From Amphiscolops sp. MND2022 (Eukaryota), in NCBI GenBank assembly GCA_964187785.1, contig OZ076409.1, positions 51,772,001-51,836,000 on the forward strand: a stretch of DNA of 64,000 nucleotides, written 5' to 3'. This document shows, in pieces, positions 38,401 to 50,131 of this stretch (positions are counted from its first letter, which is position 1; every line of letters begins with the position of its first letter). The notes below the pieces were generated by a model, which was not told where the DNA came from, searched no databases, and saw only the letters and a program-made list of their open reading frames with translations. Both the position numbers and the translations under genes were made by a program.

Positions 38401-38530
38401 GACCTCCTGTCCGGCTGCGAACCCCCTCACTGCTGCGACTTCTGTACTGGTTAACCCCTTGGTCCAAGTTAGGGTCACACGTTGTGTAATGCGACCAGTT
38501 AGGGGCACTTTTGGTTAATATTACTGCCAT
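29494..38530 (-). CDS. TBATA: TBATA/SPATIAL-family protein, 9 coding exons, ~426 aa
   Basis: Exons (-): 38530-38262, 35937-35801, 35626-35423, 34998-34870, 31197-31070, 31001-30920, 30381-30165, 29978-29908, 29537-29494. All phases are compatible (1281 nt). Motifs SFFTRHNPHPSRVRHMKGLLDVPICHV, WFEELKEI, YSKVTGRL and LLSQILQVDSISAIQQWLICATEQEKDLVSDMIRAAL match the SPATIAL family (TBATA/C4orf17). Confidence 0.85.
30500..30634. mobile_element. Partial copy of Tc1/mariner-like MITE (same family as 41028-41223) in a TBATA-like intron
   Basis: gtggaatccgggacttataacgtaatttgccaattttgcac...gctcgcctatgcactcta is the reverse complement of 41028-41150. Confidence 0.75.
32044..32403 (+). mobile_element. 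HINE-like element (intronic)
   Basis: ttttagtaggcgcg...gcccgact at the 5' end; tatagtgccgactttagactttctcgtcttgtt at the 3' end. Confidence 0.8.
32557..33213 (+). mobile_element. HINE-like element, young copy (close reverse complement of 50562-51228)
   Basis: ttttAGTCGGCGCttcatgaagtgaaacgcgact ... GCGCCGACTtgggccggtcccggcttgtt; internal tandem subrepeats containing aagggtcccccc. Confidence 0.85.
33254..34484 (+). mobile_element. Longer HINE-like element with internal ttttgacgttatatccga repeats
   Basis: ttttactcggcgc at the 5' end; tatagcgccgactttagacgttcccgttttgtt at the 3' end. Confidence 0.75.
36050..37000 (+). repeat. Degenerate ~180-bp tandem array (~5 units) in the first intron of the TBATA-like gene
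   Basis: Recurring ttcaacaa...tatccagtag.cttt..ga...aaatgcagttt...caaaat motifs at roughly 180-bp spacing. Confidence 0.5.
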
Positions 38531-41027
38531 AATTTGGTAATTGTGCAATTAATAGTGGGTGTTATCAATATTGGTTCTGATCATAGAATTTATTTTTTTT
38601 TACAATAAGGCTGTTCCGTTTTATCATTGAAACATTGAAGTTGTAAATTCAGGAGGAAAACTGATTACACATTGTACGTGTAAAGGTAAGTATACGAGGT
38701 GTAATGTTTTGGAATTTGATCACACCAACTGAACCTTCCAAAATTAGACCGTATTTCAAAGCGATGTAAATTTTTGCATATTCTGCGAGTCGAAGGAATA
38801 TGCTTCCCCACTTCAAATTTTAAAGCAGTTTTCCAATCGTTCGAATTGAACTGCATGAACCACTATTTCCACAGCCGCTTCTCTAACTTTTCTACCGATG
38901 CTTTATAGTCACAATCAAAGATTTTAGGAGCAAAAAAAAAACAAATAGAATTGGTTTCACAGCTGATTGCTTAGTTGAACAGCCTTATTTACAGAAGCCT
39001 TATTCGTTTCTGTTTCCCAAATCTACGTTTTAAGGCAGCTAAGAACAGTCTTCGAATTCTCCCTTAGTAACCAAAATAAAAGCTCTGCATACAAGCAACA
39101 AAATCTGCGCAAAACTAATCCATCCTCAGACGCGCAGGTGTACGATTAGAAAACAATGAATTATTTACAAGGCTTTTGTGTTTGTAAAAACGTTACTTGT
39201 CATAGGCGGAAAATGTATGAATTTCAGAGAAGACAAACTTTCACAGTGCTCTATAATTTATTATTTTTTGTACTCTTATTCTTCGCATTTTGATGTTAAA
39301 ATCTTTTGTTCGCTACAAAAATTTGCCTTTTAGAGGAATCAATGAGAAATACACTCACTTTAAAGGATGGAGATACAATAAAAAAGAATAATAGTGTTGA
39401 TTTGAAAACTGAAGTAAAAGCACTATTTGGCTTCTTTAAGAAGCATGCTTTAGAACACAATTGCTAACTAAAAACTTGACTATTTAAAAACCAAAATATC
39501 ACACATAGCTTTGGCTAACAACACAATTTGAAATGCTTAGCAACAATTTTTGTTCAAAACGTCTGTGCGTTTTTGTATAAAAAGAAGCTCGTCAAATTTT
39601 TACCTGGCTTGAAGAACTATATATCTTCTACAAGAAACAAAGTATACTCAGATTAGTAGACGCATTGGCAAACAAAGAAATTTCGACGACTTGAAACGAA
39701 ATTAGAACCACTTCAAAGTTGTTCAAACTGCTTTTCTACGTGGGCGCTTTGTTTAATTGATGCTTTTTGCGCGAAAATGTGACTATTGGTAAAACCAAGA
39801 GTTTCTTATTTTGTTCGAGTGTGCAAAACTCACAACATAGGGCCTACAGTCGACCGTATGCAGAAAAAACGAATGCCTTAAACCACTGTCTTTAGTGAAG
39901 GTCGACTCTTATCTATAGACTTATATAATGGTTGTTCATTTGCACCTGAAAAGGCCTTACCTGATCCGTAAACTTTTTCATTTATTTCTCCATTTCTTGC
40001 AAAGTGTTTCTTGGAGTTTATCTATTGTAATCTTTGAAGTCAAGCAGAAAACCAAAACCATGTTGAATTGATCTTGTTCCGAATCTCAAAACCAGAATTA
40101 TTTCAGCCTGTGCCTATGGATATAAACGTGTTCTAAGATTTACCACTCCATGAAAATTAACCATGGTATGCATACGAGAGTTGAATGCTGTCATCTGCCC
40201 TCTCCCAAGTCGCTTTCACTTTAACAAGCCGGGAACGGCCCGAATCAGCGGCCCCCTTCAAGGTTCAAAAGAGTAAAGTTTTTTAACCTTAACTTGGCCA
40301 ATGTGCCAAATTTGGCACATTTAGTTTCTGCAAATTCTTAACGCACCAGCTGATTGTATGGTAAAGCAAACCCTTTAATAAGCGTTTCAGACAATATTGC
40401 ATAGCATTCGGCGCCTTTTCACGGAAAATTGACGTGATGTCTCCAAAATCCAGAAAATGAGGCGAAAAAATCAAAAGAAAAATAAGTGCAGATTTTCCGT
40501 TTTCCCAGTTTTCGTTTGTGCGCCTTTTATCCCACTGGTATCAACATTGGGTCAAAGCGGCCCCAGCGTGTTTTGAAACATGCTGAAAAGCAAGCAGAGA
40601 CACGACGCGTGCAAAGTTTTGGCGCAAAGTTCGGAGCCAGTGCGGCGAAGCCCCAAGCCCAGCCGTTTAAAAATTGATTTGAAAGCCCCAATGCTCCTCT
40701 TTCGAACGCTGTATAAATCGTTTGTCGGACTTGTATAGTTCAGGATATATTGCGGTTTAAAGTTGAAGCACCCGATTTTTGTATGGAACAAGATTTTTCC
40801 TGGCCAATTTAAGTTTAAATATGCAAAAGGACACTATAGTTAAAATGTTATCATTTTCACAGTGCCAAAAATACCAAGTGCATTAGATTCAAAATTCAAG
40901 AGTAAAATCTTACAATGTACCAAATAACTATAGAATCATGTTAGTTTTTTATATAGTGCGCAGTTATTCGCTGTACCAGTTTACAATGCCTTTGATTCTC
41001 CTTCTCGGATTTGAAAAAAAAACATTA

Positions 41028-41223
41028 GAGTGCATAGGCAAGCTTAATTTGCTCAAAGCGCAATTTGTGCTTTCAATACCTCGGATTCCACAACCATACC
41101 TTTAACCGTGCAAAATTGGCAAATTACGTCATAAGTCCCGGATTCCACAAACAAGCATTCCACGGACAAGCAGCGGAATTTTCGTGTCCCGGATTCCACG
41201 AAAAGCAGCTTGTCTATGCACTG
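41028..41223. mobile_element. Tc1/mariner-like MITE (TA TSD, TIR (C/G)AGTGCATAG(G/A)CAAGCT)
   Basis: ta|gagtgcataggcaagct ... agcttgtctatgcactg|ta; another end of this family lies at 23262-23281. Confidence 0.75.
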
Positions 41224-41391
41224 TAATGAAACAACTATACGTTGGCATTCGTATGACGTTTCGCCTTCGTATTTGAATGCAGGTGAAGCTCTCGGAGTAC
41301 GAATAGTTAGCTCTCGTTCGCTTCTTTTTAATGATTTCAGCATACGAATGATAAATTACCACTCGTTGGTTTCATCACACGGGAAGATTAA

Positions 41392-42513
41392 AACAAGACG
41401 GGAACGTCCCAAGTCGGCGCCATATCTTAGGCTCAAAAATATTCAAGGAACAACTATTGGAAAAATTTGGAAAAAATTTTTTTCAAAAAAAAAATTTTGA
41501 TTTTTTTTTTCGAAAAAAAGTATTTTTTAGGTCGCACAATGCCGAAAAACTCAAAAAGAGGCCATTCAGGCTCATTCAACGTTTTCTACAAACCGAAAAC
41601 TTCAAAAAAATTCAAGGGGGTACCCTTTGATAAATTTCGAAAATTTTCGAAAAAAGTCGCATAGTGCCGAAAAAAAACCCAAAGGGGGGACCCTTTGGTC
41701 TCACATGTACTTTTGGAAGCATTAAAAAATTTATGGTTTAGTGCGAGAATCGAACCCACGCTCTCCGGCTGGGTCGAAGATGGAAGATGAACAAATATGA
41801 AAGATGAACAAAAATTGTAAGAAAAGTGGACCACTCAGAGTGAGATTGTCAACTGAAAAAAAAAACAAGCCGGGAACGGCCCAAGTCGGCGCCATATCTA
41901 AGGCTCAAAAACAGCAAAAGGACTTCCAAGTATTCTCTTCTACGGTACAGGAAAAACCCAAAAGTTGAACCGAATTGGCACACCAGAGGCGACACTTTGA
42001 AATTTTTCATCCATTCTGTCGCAAATCATCAAAAAAAATGAAGGAGGGGCACTTTTGGTGAAGAAAATTTTTTTAAAAAAAGTCTCACAATGCCGAAAAA
42101 AACTGAAAGGGGGGACCCTTTGGGATTTTTCAACATCCGTTCTGTCGGAAAACTCCAAAAAAATTGAAGGGGGGACCCTTTGGGAAAAAATTTTTTTTTC
42201 GAAAAAAAGTTTCACAGAGCCGAAAATACTCTAAGTTCCTTTGGCCCCTTTGAGTTTCTTAGATGATGTAAAAATACTACTTCGCAAGCTTTTAAAGTAT
42301 TTTATTTAAATTTGCTAAGAATTGTAAGATTTTAAGATTGTAAGAATTGTAAGAAAAGTGGACCACTCAGAGTGAGATTGTCAACTGAAAAAAAAAAACT
42401 ACTCACTGTAAGAGTCGGGCTTTTTTCCTTAAGGGAAAAGGCGCCGACTAAAAAAAAACTACTCACTGTAAGAGTCGGGCTTTTTTCCTTAAGGGAAAAG
42501 GCGCCGACTAAAA
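41392..42513 (-). mobile_element. Two nested HINE-like elements (inner ~41863-42455)
   Basis: Heads at 41392 and 41863; two identical 60-bp tails (actactcactgtaagagtcgggc...ggcgccgactaaaa) at ~42398-42453 and ~42458-42513. Confidence 0.85.
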
Positions 42514-42716
42514 ACAGGCTAAATACTTGGAGTAGCTAAAATGGCAAAGCGTCGATGCTGAAAAAAAAACATTTACGGGTTGTATTCCTGTTTCAGGTCA
42601 CGCAGAAAAATTTAAAACGTCTTCCGAGACTAAAGAATCACACCTTCTGGTAATTTCGGCACTCTGCGAATTTATTTTCAAAAAACCTAAAATTTTCAGG
42701 AAGAATCGCAGTATGG

Positions 42717-43059
42717 TTTTTTAGTCGGCGCTTTTCGTAGAAACGCAGACTATAGCAGTGACTTTCCTTTTTAAGACCAACGAAGTGACAGATTTTATAG
42801 GTTTTATAAGCTGACTTGCACTAACACTAACTGCCACACTACTTCTACTGGCACTTGAGACAGAGGTTAATTAGGCTTTTTTGAGGTCCCCTTTTACATT
42901 TTCCGGCACTGTGCGACTTACCGGAGACCGAAAAAAAAATGAAAAAAAATTTTTTTTCCTCATGTGGGTACTGTAGAAGAGAATAATTGACACTTTGAAG
43001 TCCTTTTGCTGTTTTTGAGCCTTAGATATGGCGCCGACTTGGGCCGTTCCCAGCTTGTT
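42717..43059 (+). mobile_element. HINE-like element
   Basis: ttttagtcggcgcttttcgtagaaacgcagact ... tatggcgccgacttgggccgttcccagcttgtt. Confidence 0.85.
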
Positions 43060-45487
43060 ACGTCGACAGTCAAGAAATTTTTACCCTGAAAGGACCCGTT
43101 GTGGAACTTTTCCAATATACCTATAGGAAAAGTATCGCAGTGGAACTGTGCGTCTCGTAATGGTTTCTCAATCCAAGCGAAGAGATAAAACAAAGTCTTG
43201 AAAAGTTCAAAACAAGACTAAGACTTATAGAAGATTCTTTTTTCATTGTTTCACCTTGTTATTTAAAATATTTCACGTTTTTATTTAGAACTGCACAATT
43301 TTTTGAAAAATTCCAATCACGTTCCAGTTCTCGTTGTGTTTTTTTCCGGGACTGAGAGATTCTAAGAAGTTTTAAATAACAGTTCTTTTGCTATTTGAAA
43401 TAATTTGAGTTTTTTTAGCCTTAAGTGGTACTGACTCATCTCGTTTGCGAATCGTTGGTCATACGGTGTTTTTCTGGGACAAAATTGTTTGATACAAGAC
43501 GCTCGTTGAGCAACATATTTTCCGCCTCATATAAGTTTAGCAGTTTTTCCACAGGGCTCAAGCGTTTCGAATAATGAAATACAAAGTTGAATGTTTCAAG
43601 AAAACTGAGAATTTTGACTTTTCGAAAAACATCCAATTTTTCTCAAAACAATAGCTGATTTTCTATTTCTTTTATCAATGGGTCCCTTTCATGGTTTGAA
43701 TTTGAGAACCTTAACATAAACACAATCGGCACATTTTGTCACGATCAAATTTGTCCAGTAGATAAGCGATTGATATATCGCGACGTTCTTTCTTGATGTA
43801 GGTTTAAGTTATTGTCTCCGCAGATATTCATTTTGCCGTTAATAAGAACGAAATCTAGTTAGTAATTTCATCTTATATTCGTGCAATTAGGTTATTTTAT
43901 CAATTTCAATGTTGAATCGCCAAAGAGTTTAAATTTGCTATTTTCGGCATTGTGGGAATCCGATTTTCTTTCATCAATGGGTCCCTTTTGGTTGTTTCAA
44001 TCTTTTATGAAAGTTTTTTAAAAACCACTTGGAAATTGGAAAAGTTTTGGCAATGCGAGATTTTCAAGAAGTCTCGAGATGCCCGAAGCATATTTGCAAG
44101 ACTAAGCACGTTTTAAGCTTTAAACGAGGCGTTCAGACTTCAGACGTTCCTGTCGTTTAAATAGTTTTTAATAGTTTGAAATTTGCAACAAAAATGTAAA
44201 CCTTTCATTCAAGTTCTCGAAATTGATTTCGTGCTTTACCTAATATTCCATTAGTTGTAACAAATACTATTGCATTCAGGTTTTCAGAATTTGATTACTA
44301 CTGAAAAATATAAGTAGCACTTCAGTAGCAGAGTTTGAATATCGAAATACGAATTCAATTCTTTGACCTTCATCGATTTGTCACACAGCAGCTTTTCAAC
44401 ACAATGAGGTCGATATTTTGAATATGGTCGATGTTTTCCCCTCTATTTCTGCGGAAATACTTGCTTCTGCTGGCATGAATTCGCAGCATTAACCTCAATT
44501 TTCAATATTCTTATCGTACCGGCTGATACAAAGGGAATTGAAATTCTTCTGTTACAAAAACAATTAGCTACAATTAGGCGTTGTTGATTTTGAGTTGGAA
44601 AAACAACTTCTGCATAAAAATCAAAGATACAATTTCAATTTTCAACGAGATCATGAAATAAACAAATCAATTCAAACTCACGATTATAAATGAAATCATC
44701 AGATAATAATCAACTTACATTATTGAATACGCTGAAAAAACACATGGAACGCATCAAACGAGTCAGAAAGTGGTATCACCAAGGTAGACAATTTTTATAG
44801 CTATTTGAGGAAAAAAAGGTATGGGCAAAATACCAGACACCAGCGATGGCTTTCTTTGATATGGCAGGGATGTATACTGTGGATAAGAAAAAAACATCTA
44901 GTATATTTCCAGGTTAAACAATCGGCGGGGTCACTCAAACACCGTAAATATAATTCAAACAATTATGGTTGCTACATCTTTTTGGGTACCGGGAAATTGA
45001 GTTCTTGGTTCTCTAACTCAGATACTATGATGCAATGTACATAGCCCAAATACTGTTTTCAAATTTTCGACCATGGAAACACATTTATCGTAGTCTTTAT
45101 CAGGAAAAAATACGGCCAAAATATGTTTACTGCCAAGCTCGAGAAATGAGTAGTGAATTCACATCTCACCGAAAATTTGGTTAACTATCCGCTGTAAACT
45201 AGTCGTTGGGGTGGTTCTCTACATAATCAAGGAACTTGAATTAAACTAAATGACATTACAAATCATACACGGGTTAGAAAGAACGGCAAAATACTAAATG
45301 TCTTGAACATAGAGAGAAAATCAGATCTTTTGAACGTTTTTTGTAAACTTTTTTAATATTCTCAAACGTGGCTAATTCATCTAAATCGATCCACTGCAAG
45401 CGATTCGATTTTCAGTGAAGCGAAGAAAACCTATAAGAAGAGGACAAAGAATAGTTAGTTCGTATCAAAGCCAATGAAAAACTCCAA

Positions 45488-46558
45488 CTAATCGCTAATA
45501 AAAACTCCGACGTTGGAATCTGGCCATAAAGTTAAGGCTATTTCCCTGGTGTTCCATGTTTTGGGAAGGCTTCGATGCGTTAGATATGGGTGTACATCTT
45601 CAAATTCATCCCAAATAACACGTATATAGGTGCATTCTATCTCCCGTAAAGCCGGACAAGCACTCGGATTCCTCCTGACTAGTTCCACAAACATGTCATG
45701 AGCCAAACCTTGGCATTCATACAAGATAAGTTTTTCCAGAGCGTAAGCTTTCAACAACAAGTGCTGCAACGAATGTCCACTAAAGAGGAACTCGGTGAAT
45801 CTTAAACGCTTGATTTGCTTTCCTAAAGAGTTGAACGCAGAAATGACGTAACTTATGAAAGGTTCTGCATGAATCATGGTCATGATTTCTTTCCCGAAAT
45901 GTAATTCTTCCAAATTTGGAAGTTCGGTCAAAGCTAGCATGAGCTCTTTGGTTACCGCTCCATGTATTATTGCTAACGATTTTAGGTTTTGGAAATTTTG
46001 CACTGATAGTGAAGATTGTACCATAAAATAGCATGAAACTAAAGTTAAAAACTCCACCTTGTTCGAAGGAAAACGACCCATCTCTATCAACCCGGGCTTG
46101 TGGTTCCAGGCAAAAAACGGGTTCCAAATTTCCAACCGTTTCAAATTGGGACCCAATTGTACAAGAAGTTTGCAATTATATGGGGTGAAAACATCAGGGT
46201 ACATTGTCCAGCAGCCTTTGGACCAACATGGTTTCAAAGGATTATATACTGTTAAACTTTTTGTGTAAGGTGACATCCTCTGCGTCATAAATCTTTCCAA
46301 CGAGGAAGCGGTATCTGGTCTGCAAATCAGACGCTGCCAAACGAAGGGATCGTTAGAAATATCATTCCATCTTCTACATACTCGGTTGGCGCGAGAAAGA
46401 TCGTCAGATGACAGCAGGGCAAAAATATGGAGCAATATGTCATCCGGGAGGTCGTTAACTTCGCATTTGAAATCAGCATCATAGCAAAAAGAATTCGGAG
46501 TCATATGACAGAAAAATTCAAAACATGACCAGCAAATCTGAAGAATTGTGTTTTGCAT
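45488..46558 (-). CDS. F-box/leucine-rich-repeat protein (single exon; start may be Met at 46504)
   Basis: F-box motif DLPDDILLHIFALLSSDDLSRANRVCRRWNDISNDPFVW followed by LRR-like units (PNLKRLEI, QNLKSLAI, LPNLEELHF, ALEKLILYEC, CPALREIE); 356-aa uninterrupted ORF. Confidence 0.9.
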   Translation of the reverse strand: MQNTILQICWSCFEFFCHMTPNSFCYDADFKCEVNDLPDDILLHIFALLSSDDLSRANRVCRRWNDISNDPFVWQRLICRPDTASSLERFMTQRMSPYTKSLTVYNPLKPCWSKGCWTMYPDVFTPYNCKLLVQLGPNLKRLEIWNPFFAWNHKPGLIEMGRFPSNKVEFLTLVSCYFMVQSSLSVQNFQNLKSLAIIHGAVTKELMLALTELPNLEELHFGKEIMTMIHAEPFISYVISAFNSLGKQIKRLRFTEFLFSGHSLQHLLLKAYALEKLILYECQGLAHDMFVELVRRNPSACPALREIECTYIRVIWDEFEDVHPYLTHRSLPKTWNTREIALTLWPDSNVGVFISD

Positions 46559-46777
46559 TGCATTTCTTTCAAGCTAATTAAGGCAAACAACAAAAATCCA
46601 TCCGACAAAAGAACAGAACAAGATTTTATTCAGCAACAAAAACAAAACATTAAAAACACACGTGCAAAATTTGGTAAGTTCAGAACTACCGACCAGTGAT
46701 AGTCATCAACAAGTTTTGCAGCAATTGTGCAGTTATTAGCAGATTGGCAATATGTAGATGTTGCGATCAATCATTTT

Positions 46778-48693
46778 TCAATTGCATCCTTTTCCACCAG
46801 CCCATATCAAGCAGGCAGTATCGGGATTCAATGCCAATAAACTGGAACAAATTGAAAACACAAGCATTACAAAGAACAAAATACACAATATAACGGCGTA
46901 TTTCACAGAGGCTGAATTGGTGATAATACCAAGCTCAAGGTGGTTTCTCTGAGGCGGGATCAGTCTCAAAAACAAAGGAAGCAATGTAATTTTCACAGCA
47001 TAGGTCACAATCAAAGAAAAACACACATAGCTTCGGTCCTCAAATGAATCTCTCTCGTATCGATAATCATCTGATACGTCAAAAACTGCAGTGGCAATGT
47101 TACCCATCGCTAGTGCGAATGGCTGTGTCAAGGTGTAGATGCTCATTAGAAGTGCAAACAGCGTTCCTTCAACTCCCGAAGCGCTGACAGAAGCTGCAAC
47201 ATGCATCAACAGTATGTAAATAATACCTTCGGGTATGGCTTCTATGACATCATCAGCAAAGAAGAAGAACTGGTTTCTCACGGTTCCAAAAACAGCCAAG
47301 ATATCAACCGCCATGTTTGGAATCAGTACAAAAAGGAAGCTGACACAAACGAGATACTTCCAATTGCATGTGAGTAAGAAGCACTTGTAGAGGTAGATGC
47401 CAAAACTGTGAAGAACGATTGACACAATTTTGAAAACAGATTTGACAAAAGGAGTTACTTGAACCCATTTCGATTCGATTTGAGGGCCTGCAGATGACAA
47501 AAAGTTGTAGGCAAAACTGTATACGAAGACAAACATGGTAACTCGGAATGTTGACCGCTCTTTCAACTGTAACCAAAGTTCTCCGAATACTTCCGCTGCA
47601 CTAATTTCATTTCTTTTCACTTTGGGTTCATCAATGACCAGCAAAGATATACAAAGTGGAGCCAGTGAGAACAGAAGATAAAACAAAATGAGCCATTTGA
47701 AAGATAGCCCAAAACAAAAATTTCCACCGTACTCAGGAGTGTTCATGGCAAACATAAGAAGCACAACATTGATGAGCATTCCACACTTTTGCACAAAATG
47801 AGCTATTGAAACTATAGTGCCTTTCGTCTGAGAGCTCTCGGATTTCGTGAGTTCCACCATACGTCCGTCAGCAGAGCAGTCCATCATTGCAATCCCAAAC
47901 TTCGCAAGTCCCAGAAGCAGGGCATACGCAAAAACCGAATCCCTGGCACTTGGGTTTTGTACCTCGGAATATCGACTACAGGTTCCGTTCATTTGATCAC
48001 CTAAATGAACAAACGTCACAAACGTCACTTCGATTTTTTTTTCGAGAGTAACCGAGAAAAATCTTCAAAATTCAAATGAATTTTGTCAACTTCAATGCAA
48101 CTCTCGGAAAATAATTATGCATGCCATACTATACTTGCCTGAGTAGTAGTAAGATTGGGGATAAGGCAACGCAAAAGCGAATGCGAGACCACAGCATGTT
48201 ACAAGCCAGCCGAGGAAGATGTACGGCTTTCGCTTGTACCCAAAAACAGGGAACACGTCGCTAAGAACACCTATTATGAACTTGAAAGACCACATAATGT
48301 TCCACATTGATCTGTCGAAGGGTTTCGAACATATAGGTTATCTTAAACTGTTCAACCGTTCTCAACCTTGATCGGCTTTTGCAGAGAACAGCGATTGCTC
48401 TGCATCTAAGGTAGCGAATTGGTTCCTGTAGCACGTTAACTTTATTCAAGCATCAAATTTTCCTAGATAGATTATTCGAAACCCGTGGACCTGATAGACC
48501 GATAAACGTGCCCCGTCGAATTGAGGTACCGCTTGAAGAAAGGATAACGACTTCCATTGATGAACTCCTTCACAAATGATTGGTGCAAATAGTGCCAGTA
48601 TAAACCCCGAGGAGACTGGGATTGTGTCTCCTCACTATCAACCGGGTTTTTGCCATTATCCGTGGCATCAGATGTGAGAACTTTGGCTTGCAT
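46778..48693 (-). CDS. Folate-biopterin transporter (BT1/FBT family, MFS), 3 coding exons, ~532 aa
   Basis: Exons 48693-48491, 48311-48139, 48000-46778 (1599 nt; phases 2 and 1 match). Motifs YPFFKRYLN, MWSFKFIIGVLSDVFPVFGYKRKPY, ADGRMVEL, GVEGTLFALLMSI and about 12 hydrophobic segments. Confidence 0.88.
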
Positions 48694-49002
48694 GCACTAT
48701 CCTATAAAAATTCCAGTCTCTCATTAGATACTCCGGAAAGACAGCCCATGAACGGCGTTGCGCTTTTACTTACAGTCGAACATCCGAGAGAAAAGATCAG
48801 ATGAAAAAGTTCAAGATGACTGAAGATGTCATCATTTTAAAGATCACTTGACATTTTGCTCGAAGACAGTAACACAGCCTGTTGATCTGAGAGGAAAACT
48901 CAAGCAAAAGGATCCATGATAAAGATCGGTGTGAATATGGAGATGATACTGCTTTTGAGACTATGCTTTCATCAACTACATGCGAAATTCGGATCAATAC
49001 AT

Positions 49003-50095
49003 AACAAGCCGCGAAAGGCACAAGTCGGTGCCCCGCTTAAGACTCAGAAAGACCAAAAGTACTTCAAAGCGTCAATGATTCTCTTCTGAATAAATTCTCA
49101 ATTTTGCAGTATCAAAAAAGCCCAAAGGGACCCTTTGGTTTTAAAAAGGCTTTTTTTACTTTTGTTATCACCGAAAAAAAATCAAAAACCAACGCTCTTC
49201 TGATTCTTTTCCCACCAGAAACAATAAAACAAAACCGAGAACTTTTTATCGACTTTGGAAGGAAACATCGGAACACATGAGATTCAAACATCCGCCTCCT
49301 CTGCATTAAAAACGCAATTTACTTCGGATATAACGTCAAAAATTCGCATATAGCACAATATTATAGAACCTCCGTCTTCTCCTTAGTAAAATAGGCCCCT
49401 GCTGGTCACAGTATTATTTCTGCTTTTAGACTTTCATGTTCAATAATAGAAGCATATCTTAATCATTTATATAGCGCTCAATTAATCACTACCAGTTTAC
49501 ACCGCCTTTAATTCTCCTCGGACTAAAGAAAATATAACTACTAAGTGTAGACGAAGTTTCGCATTCGAGGCGAAGCTCTCGGCGAACTAATAATTAACAC
49601 TCGTTCGCTTCATCTCAATAACTCGGCCTACGAAAACAATTACGAACATTCGCTCGCTTCATTTCAATGAATTCGGCATATCAATGCAAAATTACCACTC
49701 GCACGAGAAACGAATTGTTGTCGGCAGCTTGAGAAATTTAATTCTCACGCTTACCACTCACTGCCGAACAAATTATCTGAATTTTTCAGTAGGTACTCGA
49801 TATCACAAAAATTGTACTGGAAAAAAGTTGAATTCTTGAGATTTCAATATTCCTGCTATCACAAAAATAATAAAAACGCAGTTTACTTCGGATATAAGGT
49901 CAAAGGTTTGGATAAAGCACAACATTTTTGAACCTCCGCCTGCTCCTTAGTAAAACGCAATTTATTTCGGATATATTGACAAAAATTTGGAGAGTATTGA
50001 AACTAAGAAATGCTTATAAAAACCTGTCAGTTCGCTTGTCTTGAAAAAGCTACAGATATAGTCGGTTCTTCTCGTCAAAAAGCGCCGACCGAAAA
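49003..50095 (-). mobile_element. Diverged HINE-like element upstream of the FBT gene
   Basis: aacaagccgcgaaaggcacaagtcggtgcc head; tagtcggttc...aaaagcgccgaccgaaaa tail; acttcggatata repeats inside. Confidence 0.65.
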
Positions 50096-50131
50096 TTGGT
50101 TTGAAGAGACCATTTTACTTTATTAGTAACT

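Noticed and set aside
44770..45200. Possible extra minus-strand exons downstream of the F-box ORF (RIVNQIF|VYIPAISKKAIAGVWYFAH...)
   Set aside because: Splice sites are plausible, but no upstream donor or homology could be established.
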